Source of the DNA: Marsupella aquatica
Lineage: Eukaryota > Plantae > Marchantiophyta
DNA: 64,000 nucleotides
Assembly: GCA_973895155.1 (NCBI GenBank)
Contig: OZ316891.1
Location: forward strand, 4,198,018 to 4,262,017
Direction of reading: 5' to 3'
Shown here: positions 13,235 through 25,638 of the stretch, piece after piece
How the letters are laid out: each line of letters starts with the position of its first letter
Position numbering within the stretch: position 1 is the stretch's first letter
Made by a program: the position numbers and the translations under genes
Notes under the pieces: generated by a model
The model's database searches: none
What the model saw: only the letters and a program-made list of their open reading frames with translations
Told to the model about the DNA's origin: nothing

Positions 13235-16200
13235 ATGAGTGGTCTCAAGGCAATGCCGTGCCTCAGCAACAGCAAGGTGGCAATTCTTAGTTGCCTCAAG
13301 CGCCCACAGCTCCCAGCCCACTCCCCAATTTTCCTCTCCACGGTGTGTAGCGGACACCAAGCGAAAATTGGCAGCCAGATAGGAAGGATTCCTGCCCGCA
13401 GCTTGAGATGGCGCTCGTGCTACGGGGAGGCATTCAGGGGCAGCACCAGCAGTAGCAAGAAGAGGGCTTCTTCTTCGTCCAACTATCACTGGAGATCATT
13501 TGAACCTTCCCGGAGAGACTGGGGATTATCCACAGTTAAGACCTTCGCTGCATCACCTCAGGGTGCTGATAATTCTGCGAAGAGTAATGAAGACGAGGCG
13601 CAGGCGGATGTTCAGAAGATCCTTAGGAAGGGTTTACTGGCGGAGAGAGCAGAGCAGTTGCGGGAGCAATTTGACAAGCCAGAAGTCTGTACAGCTGATG
13701 AATTGCACTATGTTGCGGTTCCCGGGACGAACTGGAGGCTGGCTCTCTGGCGCTACCGCCCTCCTCCTAACGTAGGCTCCTCTGGATTCAAACTAAACTT
13801 GTATACTTCTCGTCCCCTCAGAAAGTTAGAAAATTGGAATCGGAATCAAACCTACTTTTAAACTTCTCGCTCCTGTTGTTGGTTAGTGATGGAGGCCCAG
13901 CTTTGGCTATTTGGGTGTATTGGTCCTCTGACTGCCTGCAGGAGGAACGGATGTGTCCGAGAGTGAAAGCAATTTTCCAAATGCAATGTTCTGGGTCACA
14001 GTGAATCAGTCTGAGAACGAAGTTTGAGTTAGAGAGACGAAAAGCAGTCCATTGGTTTGTTGAATTTTGGGTTTAGAGAGCAACGGATATATCAAGCATT
14101 CTGCTAGTGACACTCTTGACGAGAATCACTATTACGTAAAGATGTGTTTCCATGTAGGCCGTGTCTTTGCTGAGTTCTCGTTACGGACACTTTTTAGAGT
14201 GTTAGTACACTGACAATCTGCTTGAATACGTCAATTTTCACATATGCAAACTTGATCATGAAAACGTGACAACTGTCGACAATTTTGCCAATTATGGGCC
14301 TTGAAGTGAGACTTTAGCTAATGATTGTGGGTACATTGCATGGGCTCTCAGATACTTGGCGTGACAGGCTGTGAAAAGGAGGATTCCAGCTGCCAAGGTT
14401 GAATGTTCTTGAGTGAATAGGAGTCGGGACAAGAAAAATATGGGAATGAGAACCAGTGCTGCTAGACCTATCACTCATTGGCTGTTGTGGCTCCGTTGGT
14501 GGCAGGCACCTCAGAGAAATCATCCAGTGCTAATGCTGTCCGGCATCGGCACGAATGCTGTTGGATTCGATTTAGACCCCAGTGTGAGTTCATTGACGTC
14601 CTGTCGTGCCCCTCTGGTTTACCTGCAGGATACAAAATATTCTATTGGCAGTTTGTTAAGAATTGTAATAATCGTTAGATGGAGTAACGAGAACAATCGT
14701 CAAACATCAGTACCTCTCCCTTTATAGTTGTTCTGTATGAAGACAATTTCCCACCGTAGAAAGTTAAATTGCAGTTGAAGCTTGTACAGTGGTGAAGCCC
14801 TTTAAAGTTGAAGGGGTACATCTGATTGTTAATTCACCATTACAATTCTCAATATATTGTTTAACTGTCCTTGGTCTGATTGAGGAGACTAGTAGAGATC
14901 TGACGGAATTTTTCCTCACAATCTTAAAGAAAGATAGTGTGGAACTACCTGATTACACTGGGGAACACATATAAAACTATGCAATCATTAGGGTTGAAAG
15001 AAGCAATATCTTTCAATTTAGGAACTTATACATCTGAGCGATCGAGCTTGAGATTTTCTCAAGGTTTTGGTATGATCTGTCGATGTAGGTTTCAATGGCC
15101 CGCAGTATTGCTGCAGCTGGATTTGATACCTGGATTCTGGAGGTCAGAGGTTCAGGCCTGAGCAAGTCTGAAGAGGAACTTGCAGACGAAGGAAAGGCTG
15201 CCGAAACAAGCAATGGCGCTATTGTTGAGAATGTATCCGAGGATGACAAGGTGGGTTCTGGCGAAAGGTCTGTTGCTGGGATGGATTCTAGTACATCTAC
15301 TAAGCCTACCAGTGAAGAAAGGACTGTGGATGATATTTTAGACAGCGTTAGCAAGAAATCCAACGGGCCTACAAATGGGTCTGCGATGGTTGCTGACCCT
15401 AATGCAAATGTCGAGGTTAGCCAAAAATCAGAGGGGGGAGGCACATCGTGGGGGGTCTGGAGTACTGCAACAGAGCTTACCAACTTCATTGTACAAGTGT
15501 CCAACAAGTTAAGCAATTTGCTAACTCAGGGGCAGTCAAAAATTCTCTCAGCTCGTTTTATTGATGCAGTGGTTAATCTTCTTGACGAAAGCGCAGTTTC
15601 CAGACGAATTACCGAGCTGAGACAACGGTTGGCAAACCGATTAGAAGCACAGGAGAAGAATAGTATTGTCATGAATGAAATTGCAGACCTGAGGAAGAAG
15701 CTAGCCCAGCTGCTTGAAGATGGCCAGGATGTCGTTCGGCCTCGGGTGACAAATTTGCAGGAAAGATTGAGTAGCACAGCTGATGACTTTCAAAAGGTCG
15801 TGGACTTCGTTGCAAAATATGACTGGGACTTCGACAACTACCTTGACGAGGACGTCCCTACAGCGGTGGGTGGGGTCTATCCTTGCTGAAATTGTTCTGC
15901 TGTATCTTGAAGCTCGTTGTGCAATTCCATGCCCTGGGAGTAGTTGCATCCATGGACTTTTAGTCTATCTCTTATCATCTTTAGTCCACCATGGTAGACG
16001 AGGAGCGGTTATGACATCACGACGCTTTGACCTCAACAAATCAGTAGAAAGGGTTGAAAATGAAAGTAACATTAGGCTTCTGCTTGTGAGGTTCCTGTAA
16101 ATTTTGTTACTAATTCAAATGGGTGGCATGTTCAGTTCTCTCGTACGGCCTTGATACTTCCTTTCGAAAATGTCCTACTTAGGTCGATATGTTCATTAAC

Positions 16201-18279
16201 AAGCAGGACAGTGTCTTCGTCAAACTCGAATTGAGGAATTTGAAAGTACTTCTATTTGTCGTTCAGAATTCAGTTCACTGCACGTTTCAAATTTAAAAGA
16301 GAGAAATATTGCAGATGGAGTATGTACGAAATCAGTGCAAGCCGGTGGATGGGAAACTACTCAGCGTGGGGCATTCCATGGGCGGGATTGTTCTTTACGC
16401 AATGATGTCTAAACGTGGTAGGTAGGCGACTTCCTCTCTGATTGCAGAGCTGTTACCTCCGTGGTTCGCATTTCGAGGGGTCCTCTTTCTGCTCTTATAG
16501 ACATCGAACTAGCAATGAACTTCCGGTGGTTTTGCACATATACCTACTGTCTTCAAGACTGACCATTCTGTATAAGCAAGCAAAGTCTGTGGTCCCTGTG
16601 ATTGAATTTGTTCTCTGGTGTCACAGGCAACCAGTGTGGGCTTGTTGGAGCAGTGGCACTTGCCTCAGCATTAGACTATCAATGTTCTGATACTTCTCTC
16701 AAGCTATTACTTCCACTGGCAAGTTTTTTTCTTACCGACAAACTATCCCCTTCATTTCTTTCATTGTGTCTTGTCTGCTCTAATCATGATGATTGTGCCA
16801 CAAGAGATGGTTAGAGTGAGACGTTCAAGCAGTTGGATTGTTTCAAGCACACTACCGATAAACTAAGAGAAGGATTTCTTTGTAGAGTGCACAGCAGAAA
16901 TGTGTTCATTCCTCTAAGGTGCCTTTCAGGACAATACCATTATATAACGAGGCAAACTTTGGTGTCTCCAGACAGACCCAGCTCAGGTCCTCAACGTCCC
17001 TCTGGTTCCTCTGGGAGCCCTGATGACTGCAATTCATCCATTGGTCACGAGGCCACCCTATGCTCTTGCCTGGCTGGGCTACCAGATGTCTGCCCAAAAT
17101 ATGATGAAACCTGAACTCTTCAGCAAATTAATACTGAATAATTTCGGTACGTTGGTCCCTGCTCATTCCAGGCTTGCAGAAAGTGAAGGCTCGTACCCTG
17201 AATCCCAAATTATATCTCTCGTTTACTTCCAGCTATCCGGCTCGAGCATGTCCATTTCTCACGCAGAATACTAGGATCCCGTAAAAAGAATTTGATTTGT
17301 GCAATTGTTAATTAATTCTGAGATTGTTTTAGCCCAGCGCACGAGTTGTAAGGGCCCACTCACTAAATCGAAAAAGAATTTGTAGACAAGAAGGGATATG
17401 TTCCAGCAGCATTCCAAAGATCATGATTTTCAGTGTTTGCAGGATTACAATTAATCTTCACAAAATTGGGAAAGTGTGTTGGACAGGATCAAAAATGTTC
17501 GAAAAGCTACCAAATCAAGTCCTTACGACAGTGAAAGGTTACTTCTGTGTTTGTTAGATATTATTCCAGGGCGGTATGAGTTGATAGTGTTCCTAGGGCC
17601 TTAGGCACAGTCTTCTGCAGCATGAGGGTTGACTCTTTCTAGTGATGTCTTCTACAGGCACCATTCCTGTGAAACTTTTGCTGCACCTTGCCACTGTGTT
17701 CCAGCCAGGAGGTTTGGCCAACCGAGATGGCACATTCAAATACAAGCAGAACATTGGGAAAGTTACTATCCCAGTTCTCGCCATTGCTGGTGACCGAGAT
17801 CTAATCTGTCCACCCGTGGCAGTGATCGGTAAGATCCGGTTGTCCAGGTTGCGATTCAATGCTCATAGCATGAGTAGTTACCAGTATGCACTTTGAAGGG
17901 GATGGCTCACTTGGGAAAGGAAACGGAATTGGAACTGAACCTGTAACATATCAATATGATGCCCATTGACTGCAGATACTGTGGATCTATTCCCCAAGGA
18001 CACCGTAACTTACAAATGCTTTGGAGGTGAAAACAACAGACATTATGGTCATTATGATATTGTCTGCAGCCCTGGGGTACGTACTTCCGCCCCACTTTTT
18101 GAGAAATCTACCAGGTCTTTCATTGATTGTTTAACGATTCCTCTGCAATCGAAGTAGTGCTGATCGTTGAACGTTGCTTGCAGGCCAAAGAAGAAATCTT
18201 CCCAGTTGTCCTGGACTTTCTTCTTCAAAACGACACGGTGAAAATGCAAGACAAAGAAAAGATTGAAGTTGAAGCCTAA
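13235..18279 (+). CDS. Alpha/beta hydrolase fold protein (plant UCP031088-like), probable N-terminal transit peptide
   Basis: Exons encode VCTADELHYVAVPGTNWRLALWRY, RNHPVLMLSGIGTNAVGFDL, GFDTWILEVRGSGLS, YDWDFDNYLDEDVP, GHSMGG nucleophile elbow (~16369-16386), PVLAIAGDRDLICPP, HYGHYD. Last exon AKEEIFP..VEA* ends at 18279. Ser/Arg-rich N terminus. Confidence 0.9.
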
Positions 18280-21200
18280 CAGAGTTTAAGAGCACCCAAT
18301 GTTTTCATGCAAGTTACTTGTCCAGTATAAAGTATTTCTGGATGAGGGAGGATGCTTAGATGGACCTGTCAGCAACAAAGTAGTTCGTACCTTATTTAAA
18401 GCCACAATCTGTGGTAGATGCAACGAGTAGGAAGTACAAGTTTTGCCATTGCCAGTGGATACCCTTCTAAATGACGAGGGCGAAAATTTGAGACACCTGT
18501 GCAGATGGGGCCCTGAAGGTCGGATACATATTGACAGGCAAACCATCAATGGCAAGATACGTTTGTAGGAGGTGGTCCAATGTCATTTTGGAAAGGAATT
18601 GCGTGTGAAGGGAAATTCGAAGGACATGCTGCTCTTGTTCTGTGGCCCTAGCAAGAGTAGCAAGGACGTTCTAGACAAGTTGCAGCAAGATAGGGTTTAC
18701 TGATTTCTTCATCTGGCAACGGAAGGTATTTAAGATTAATTCTCGTTCTCGATCAGAAGAACTCTTATGAGCGATTTTATTTCATGAAACTATTGCTCTC
18801 ATATTTGGATGAAGTTGTTGTGCTTCAAATGTTTGAAAGCTATGCTCTTGAACAGGATCTAATGAATCCGCCTTTGGAATACAACAACTTTATTCAAAGA
18901 TCAGAAAAGTAGTTTCAACAATCCATGGTAACATTTGTCAAACTCTTATTCGTAGGAGAGTTGTGTTTATGACTCCATACACCTGAAGAGCCTCCTGCCC
19001 ACCTCAGTTGGTCCTTTCCAGGATTGAGCATGTGCCCTGTCCGAACCACAGATGATGGGTTCTGCAATAATGGACTGGACTGGAACTACATACATAATTT
19101 GAACCCTAACTATCGCCTTCTGTTTTCTGCCATCTAAGTGGGCAATTGACCTAGTACTCAATAGGGGTCTCAAGGCCTAACAACATAAGGCCCTCCTGTA
19201 AAACTCAAGTATTATGGGAACCCCTGAAAAAATTATGGGAGGATGGAGAGCCTCGGGTCTCAATTTTACTTATAACTTCCTGCAACTTAGGCGCCAATCC
19301 ATAACTTACGAAACTTAAGAGACTCGGAAAGTAGGGACTAAATGCATGTGGGCTTTGTGCAGGTGACCCTTGACCCAGAATCAAGGAAAAATGATATCTA
19401 CAACTAAAATACCCCATCCTGCCAAAAGGTGGGATCTTTTATTTACAAACTCATAAAAAAGCAAGAACCAATTGTGATCCTTCATCCAAAATTTTTTCAC
19501 ACCATCAGATCTATCCATACACCTTATCTAAAATAAATATCTGTCTAAGCTGCCATTTTGATAGGAACTGACTCGAGTTCCTGGCTTTTATTTAGAAAGC
19601 CTTACTAGGGTTAGTTTATCGTGGATTACATTAGGACAAGATCCGTTTACTTTAGGCCCATCTTGGCCCCTAGGGGTATAGGTTGGAGGGAGAGTTCTTC
19701 ACATGTATTTTCTCATGAGCTATGGATACTTCAGGAGTTTCTCCATCGTGGTGTCTTGTTGGTGTAGTGTGAGATTGAACGCTCTCATGTTCTGCATTGA
19801 TGTCTAGTCCGGAGCCTATGGTGTCTTACACCTTTAGCTTTGCTTGCACCTACCCAAGATAAAAAACTTAATTAGAAAATTTTGAAAAACTTTTATGTAT
19901 AAAGAAAACACAAAAATTAATCCGTGGACCCCCAATGTTTGTCTGATGAAGTGAAATCAATTTTAAGCAAGGCAGTAACCCATGGTTTTGAGTCTCCCAG
20001 TGGTCTTGGTGTGTGCTCGTACAAAAGAGAACACTCGAAAGATAGAGTAGATCGATCTGGTTGAGATGACCTCTTTGGTTTATCAAATGAAAGGTTGAAT
20101 GTGGAGGAATTGAGTTTTTAATGTTTTCGCTTACACATTGGAGACATCGTGTTTCTACCATTCCTAATTGATTGTTTGTGAGTTACGTTGAGCATTACAG
20201 CCACAAGACAGATCAGAGGACAACACTCAACTGTTGGTGGACGAGCGCTTGTCGTTTCGGTGGATGGAACGCACGAAACAGACAAGCCATCACTTCACAT
20301 GAAGGTTTTGTAGTTTTTTTTTAATTTAAGAACACTATGGTGTGAGGAGGAGACCAACGATTGTTTCTTTGACATAAAGGCTACATTTGGCATCAACCTG
20401 TGTTCAGAGTGAGCTTCAGTTGAAGCCTGGAGGGACGCAAACAATTCAAGCCAAGAAGCAAGCATTGCAGACAAGCGATGATGACATAATCAAAGAAATC
20501 ATTTTGCAACGGCTAAGTTTGTGACGGTGATGGGATTGTGACATCTCTTCATTGAAAAGGGAGGTGGGTATTTTCTGATGTTGCATTTCTTGAGTCGGTG
20601 ACGGTTCTTTAAGTGTGCAAGTTATACGATTATACAATATCCACCATTCACCTCACAACTCAAACTCAAACTCAGAATTCAGCGAAGATCGCTCTGGACC
20701 TCCGTTTCTTCGATGCAATGTGACAGAATGACAATCCCCTGTTCACAATCATCTCTCGTTTGTATCTCTCTCATCAAAAGAGAGAGGATCAGGTATGAGC
20801 CGTTACTTACTTACGTTATTTTAGAGACACTTATCTAACTAATTACATAGTAAACAATTTAAAAACACTCGAAAGGTAACTAATATGGTTACAGTGAAAA
20901 AATGACATCTCTTCCTTTGTATTCTGGTTTTTTTTACACTTAATACTTACGGCATGGTGCCCCATAATTTACACAGATATGAACACAAACATGACAAGTA
21001 CCTTTTTGTTTTCCAGAAAACCTGCTATCCTGGTGCTAGGGAATTTGCAAGGGACCCCTAATGGGAGTCCGTAAATATTTATACCTCTGAAAATTTAAAA
21101 CTAAGAAAAAACCATACTTGTTCTTGTCACTTGGTTGTGGTTGGACTCTATGATGTGGTGGTCGCTATCTCGCATCACCAAGTTCTATGTGCAATGCACG

Positions 21201-21679
21201 ATTATTGATCACGATCACAACAACTATATAATCGGGATCACACACCCAACTACATAGCAAAGCTTAAATGTTTTTGTCCTAGACATATTTTCTTGCCTAG
21301 ACATGTCTTGCCTTGACATGTGGGTGTTATTTTATTCAAGGATCTGACATTCTTATGACTGTGCAAGGAAGTCCACAACATATATCTCACTCTGTATTTC
21401 AAATCTCATTGTTGGAACTGCAAAAGAAAGGACAATAAATGCATCACACTTTGCAAACCTCAATCTTTTTTATAGCAAAGTATGACACTTCACATTCTAG
21501 TCTTCTTATTTAGTGTCCACTCTTGACCTCCTGGGCCCTCACCATGTAAACTGATGGAACTTACATGAGAGCAGACCCCACCCCTTTTTACCCTTTGTTA
21601 TTTTATTTTGCCTTTTTTGCCAATTTTGGTTTGCCCTCTCTGTTTATTTTTTGTGGGTTATGCTTTGCTGGCTGTTAAG

Positions 21680-22930
21680 TCTCTTTGTTCATGTGACCCC
21701 AACAGAGTGAAGGTCTCTTCCTCATTATCCCCCCACTCATCTCCTGTCCACCTGCCTGTCTGCTCTCATCCCAACTCATGTTAGGAATAAATCTAGACTG
21801 AACGAGCCAATGTCAACACATGTGAACGACATCCATAGACTCCGACCTTGAAGGTACGTGGTTCACCCCATCTAGGTTACGTCCACGGCCGTGAGAGAAA
21901 TCCAATAATACTCTACGCGATTACACCCGCTCCAAAGCCAACATGCTAGAGCTCCTCCTTTCACCTCCCCACTTTCTCCCCTAGAGATGAACCTTCAAGT
22001 GTGAGCGCAAATTTGTGTTCCCCTTGGGTATACCCCCTCCCATGCATGGTCTATGCGAACCTGGAACTAAAACTAGTGCTATCATAGTCTACTAAAGTCT
22101 AGCTAGTATTATGGAAGTAAATACTTTACACTAGAGGCATAAACTAACAATTCAGACTTGAGAAGATGTGGATGATTTCATGGTGTCTATGCCCGGTGAA
22201 AGTGCAACTCTGCCCCTATCAGTTGGTGGCATGGGTGTTCATTGATGGTTTTTGTTGTCCCTTGTGTTTTTCTTGGTGACTGGGCATAGGTGGCTCATGA
22301 CATATGTGATATGGTGGCACCCATTGTTTGGGAGTTGGGATACTATGGCGCAATGGAGCAACGACATGCGCTTCTACCAAAGGATAGTGTTCTTGATAGG
22401 TGACGACCAATTTTATCATTTCTTGGGCAGGAGTTCATGCTCTGGCTAGAGGATGTGAGCATTGCTGATCCTACTAGCAAGGGGCAAGTTGTAGGCAACA
22501 AAAGAAGCCCAATTCTAAGAGGAGACTTCTGTTGCACGCTCTCTTGGGGATTGTTTTACCCCCTTCATTTGGAGGAATTGGGGGCTCTACACCCTATCTT
22601 CAACTATGTCTTGACTTGAGACTTTGTGTAGGGCGGCAATCTTATCCCCCACTTTTTGTTCTTAGTGCCTTCTCTAGACAACGGGTGTCTGTTGCACTAT
22701 AGTGGGCTCGGGTATTCACTGTTGTTTGAGGTGACTATTGTTGGAGTTGAGGCTATTGGTTCAGGGCCTCTAGACAATCTGTTGCACTACTGGGGGCTCA
22801 GGCACGCTCAGGCACTCACTATTCTTGACGCATTCACTATGCTTTGAGTTGAGACTTTTGGTTTTTAGGGTCTAGACGAGGCATTCACTTTGAGTTGAGA
22901 CTATTGGTTTGTAGGGCCTCTAGATAAATT
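21680..22930 (+). mobile_element. Old degenerate CRE-like non-LTR retrotransposon 3' fragment (split by a solo LTR)
   Basis: Remnant LEDVSIADPTS resembles the RLE motif LADVVVANP of the 47.9-52 kb element. Downstream tandem motifs (tctagac..tctgttgc..gcattcact) are shared with 35290-35390. Confidence 0.5.
21779..22149. mobile_element. Solo LTR (371 bp)
   Basis: Termini TGTTAG...CTAACA; 5-bp flanks actca/attca (TSD, one mismatch). Internal tacgtggttcaccc..tacgtccacg motif also present in the 41195 LTR. Confidence 0.75.
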
Positions 22931-23137
22931 ACTCTATACAATTTCTGGAACCAAACTCGAAACGCCACAGCTCGAGAAGCAGATTTCATTCGATTCAATT
23001 TTTGGTCTTCATTGAGGCCGAGTCGGAGGCAATAGTGTGATTCTATGTGCTGTATTCTTTTCCAGTGGGACAATTGAGGATGAGAAGGGCACCAAGAAAA
23101 GAGGTTGTTGCTCTTCATTCTCGAGATCTTTGTTAGC

Positions 23138-24418
23138 ATGGCCAGCTCAAGTGAAGGGCACGCCATCCACAGGAACTATTTCGATGAGTTGGGTTGTGAG
23201 GTTGTGGCACGAATTTTCTCCTCTTTGCCGCCAATCTCACTTGCTCATTGCACCGCCGTTTGCTCTTCATGGCATGATATCATCACCTCCTCAACCAGTC
23301 TCTGGAGGAGCGCATACTTTCTCGATCATAGAAGACTGAGGCCAATTAGAATCGAAACCGAGGAGAATGAGAAAGAGGAGGAGAAAGAGGAGGAGAAAGA
23401 GGCAGATGATGTGGACTTTCGGACTCGGTACGTTGATGAGGAGCAGAGGACAAGGCTTGCAATTGGTCCGGTCTCTACACATTCATTGAGGGCCCATTCT
23501 GGACGAGTGAGTTGTTGCAGGATGGTCATGGGGCAGGTGGTCAGTGGCTCCTCTGACGGGACAATCAAAGTGTGGTGTGCAGGAAAGACGGGAAAATTGT
23601 GGTGTGGTGTCACATACAAAGTTCCTGAGAAGGCACTACCTGTGGTTCAAGTTGAGTTTGACGGAAATAAGGTCATGGGAGCAGCTGGAAAGGATGTGTT
23701 TGTATGGAGCCGGACTGGGAACAGACGCTTGCTGAAACGGATGGGTGGCCAAGTTGAAATCTGTTCAATTTGTGCTGCAGATTCAGACCTGGCCATGGGT
23801 TGTGCTGATGGAACGGTCAGGGTTTTTGATCTCTACAGCGGCAGATGCACTCAAATCTTCAGGAAGCACACAGAGCCTGTCAAAGGGGTGGTGATGGACA
23901 TGGCAACACAGTCTATGGCGAGTGGGTCTAGTGATGGGACCGTGCAATTGTTCGATGCACGGTCCGGACAGAGAATTGTGTCCCTTTTGAGCCCTTCTTC
24001 CATGACAGGGATCTCCTGTCTGCATGCAAGTCCTTTGGGCCACAAGCTCTTCGCTGGGTCCGTTGGTGGGCTTTTGTACTGCTTTGATCTCCGGAATCAC
24101 AAGACTGTTTGGAATATCCGAGTTGGTAGTCCACTGACTTGCATGGATACTCCGGCCTACTCAAGCTCAGCAATTGGTGTGGGTGGAGTTGACGGGGCAA
24201 TTAAGGTTTTTGAAGTGGACTCGGGGAAGCGTATAACAACTTTTCAACTTAAGAGGCCACGACTGCCTAGTTCACCTGTGCTTGGCATGGCCTTGGGAAT
24301 AACCAGGTTAATCAGCTGTTATGCAGATTGGAATCTCGTCCACTGGCAATTTGGTGAATCAAATTGCAGCTTGGAAGGGGATGAATTCGGCCGGATTGTA
24401 GTGAAGACTCTCCAGTAG
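23138..24418 (+). CDS. F-box/WD40 repeat protein, intronless (426 aa)
   Basis: F-box FDELGCEVVARIFSSLPPISLAHCTAVCSSW; WD repeats LRAHSGRVSCC..VVSGSSDGTIKVW, MGCADGTVRVFD, MASGSSDGTVQLFD, VGGVDGAIKVFE. Confidence 0.92.
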   Translation: MASSSEGHAIHRNYFDELGCEVVARIFSSLPPISLAHCTAVCSSWHDIITSSTSLWRSAYFLDHRRLRPIRIETEENEKEEEKEEEKEADDVDFRTRYVDEEQRTRLAIGPVSTHSLRAHSGRVSCCRMVMGQVVSGSSDGTIKVWCAGKTGKLWCGVTYKVPEKALPVVQVEFDGNKVMGAAGKDVFVWSRTGNRRLLKRMGGQVEICSICAADSDLAMGCADGTVRVFDLYSGRCTQIFRKHTEPVKGVVMDMATQSMASGSSDGTVQLFDARSGQRIVSLLSPSSMTGISCLHASPLGHKLFAGSVGGLLYCFDLRNHKTVWNIRVGSPLTCMDTPAYSSSAIGVGGVDGAIKVFEVDSGKRITTFQLKRPRLPSSPVLGMALGITRLISCYADWNLVHWQFGESNCSLEGDEFGRIVVKTLQ

Positions 24419-25638
24419 CCCTAATTTTGTTTTCTGTATGATATAATTTGTAGCTGATGTCCACATGGGTTGAGGGGAAAATGTGAAGATCATCATATTC
24501 TCTATGATCTTAACATTTTTCCGTCAGACTCTACGATCATTTAGTGATCGGTCACACCTACTTCGAAAACGTGGTTTGGGTTGGCGAGCAGGTCCAAGCC
24601 AAGTGGTTTGTTGGTGATCACGCTGTGTAGTATCTTTCACCCAATTCATCAAGGCATTACTTTTAAGTTTTGCCGGTGGACAAAGTCTAAGAGCGTACAG
24701 TTCAACCTCTACGAATCCTAGAAAGTTCAGCCCTACGGCACCCCCAATTTCTCCCAACGAGCACGACACCACGCGAGTGAAGATGTGACGCCATCTCAGA
24801 GAAAGAAGCAGTTTCCAAGGGTCTTGTGGACCGTTGTAACAAAATTACTTGACACGGTTCTCGCAAAGCTTGATTGTAAAACCTTGTTGGCCTAAGGGTA
24901 AGCACATGGCCTGATCAGTGGAAGCATCAGAGATCACACGTTACCAAAACAGTGCCCGTCACATATCTTTTGTCCATGGATGATTAACGACACTTTAAAC
25001 GCGAGATAAATTTACATCTTTCCACATTTGGCTGCTTCGTTGGCCGTTGTCCACGATAAGTTTTCTCTACTTGATCTAGACTAAACTTGGTTCTGTGGCT
25101 ACAACCCTGGACTCCATAGATCGATGATATCCATACTCTCCAATAGGAGTCCGTAACACTAAAGTACAGCCGTCCTTCCAAAAGCAATTGTCAAGAGCAT
25201 GCTTCCTGCGCATATATCAGTGGTGCCATGTGTGTTGAAAGCTGAAGACTACTTCGATTGGAGCCATTTTTGAGTAACCATCTTTTTCAATATGACCATT
25301 GATTGCAACCTTGGACAATATTGATCAGGAACGGCAAGTTTCTACCTTTATCGACTAGTTACTCCGCATCACCTGCAAGCAGAACATGAATAAGAAACTA
25401 AGAAAATCATAATCTCCGCGTCACCTGCAAGCGGAACATGAATAAGAAACTAAATAAATCATGATCCGTGGGCCATCACCGCAGGCAGAAAGAAACAATC
25501 CTGTAAGCTAAGACGGTGGAAAACAAAAAATAAAAATGCAGGAGTCAATTTTGCGGCACACACTCACCAAAGTCTTTTTAGAGAACTTGCAATATCTAGC
25601 GCAAACAGTGGTCGTGAAACAGGATGCGTCGCAAAACT

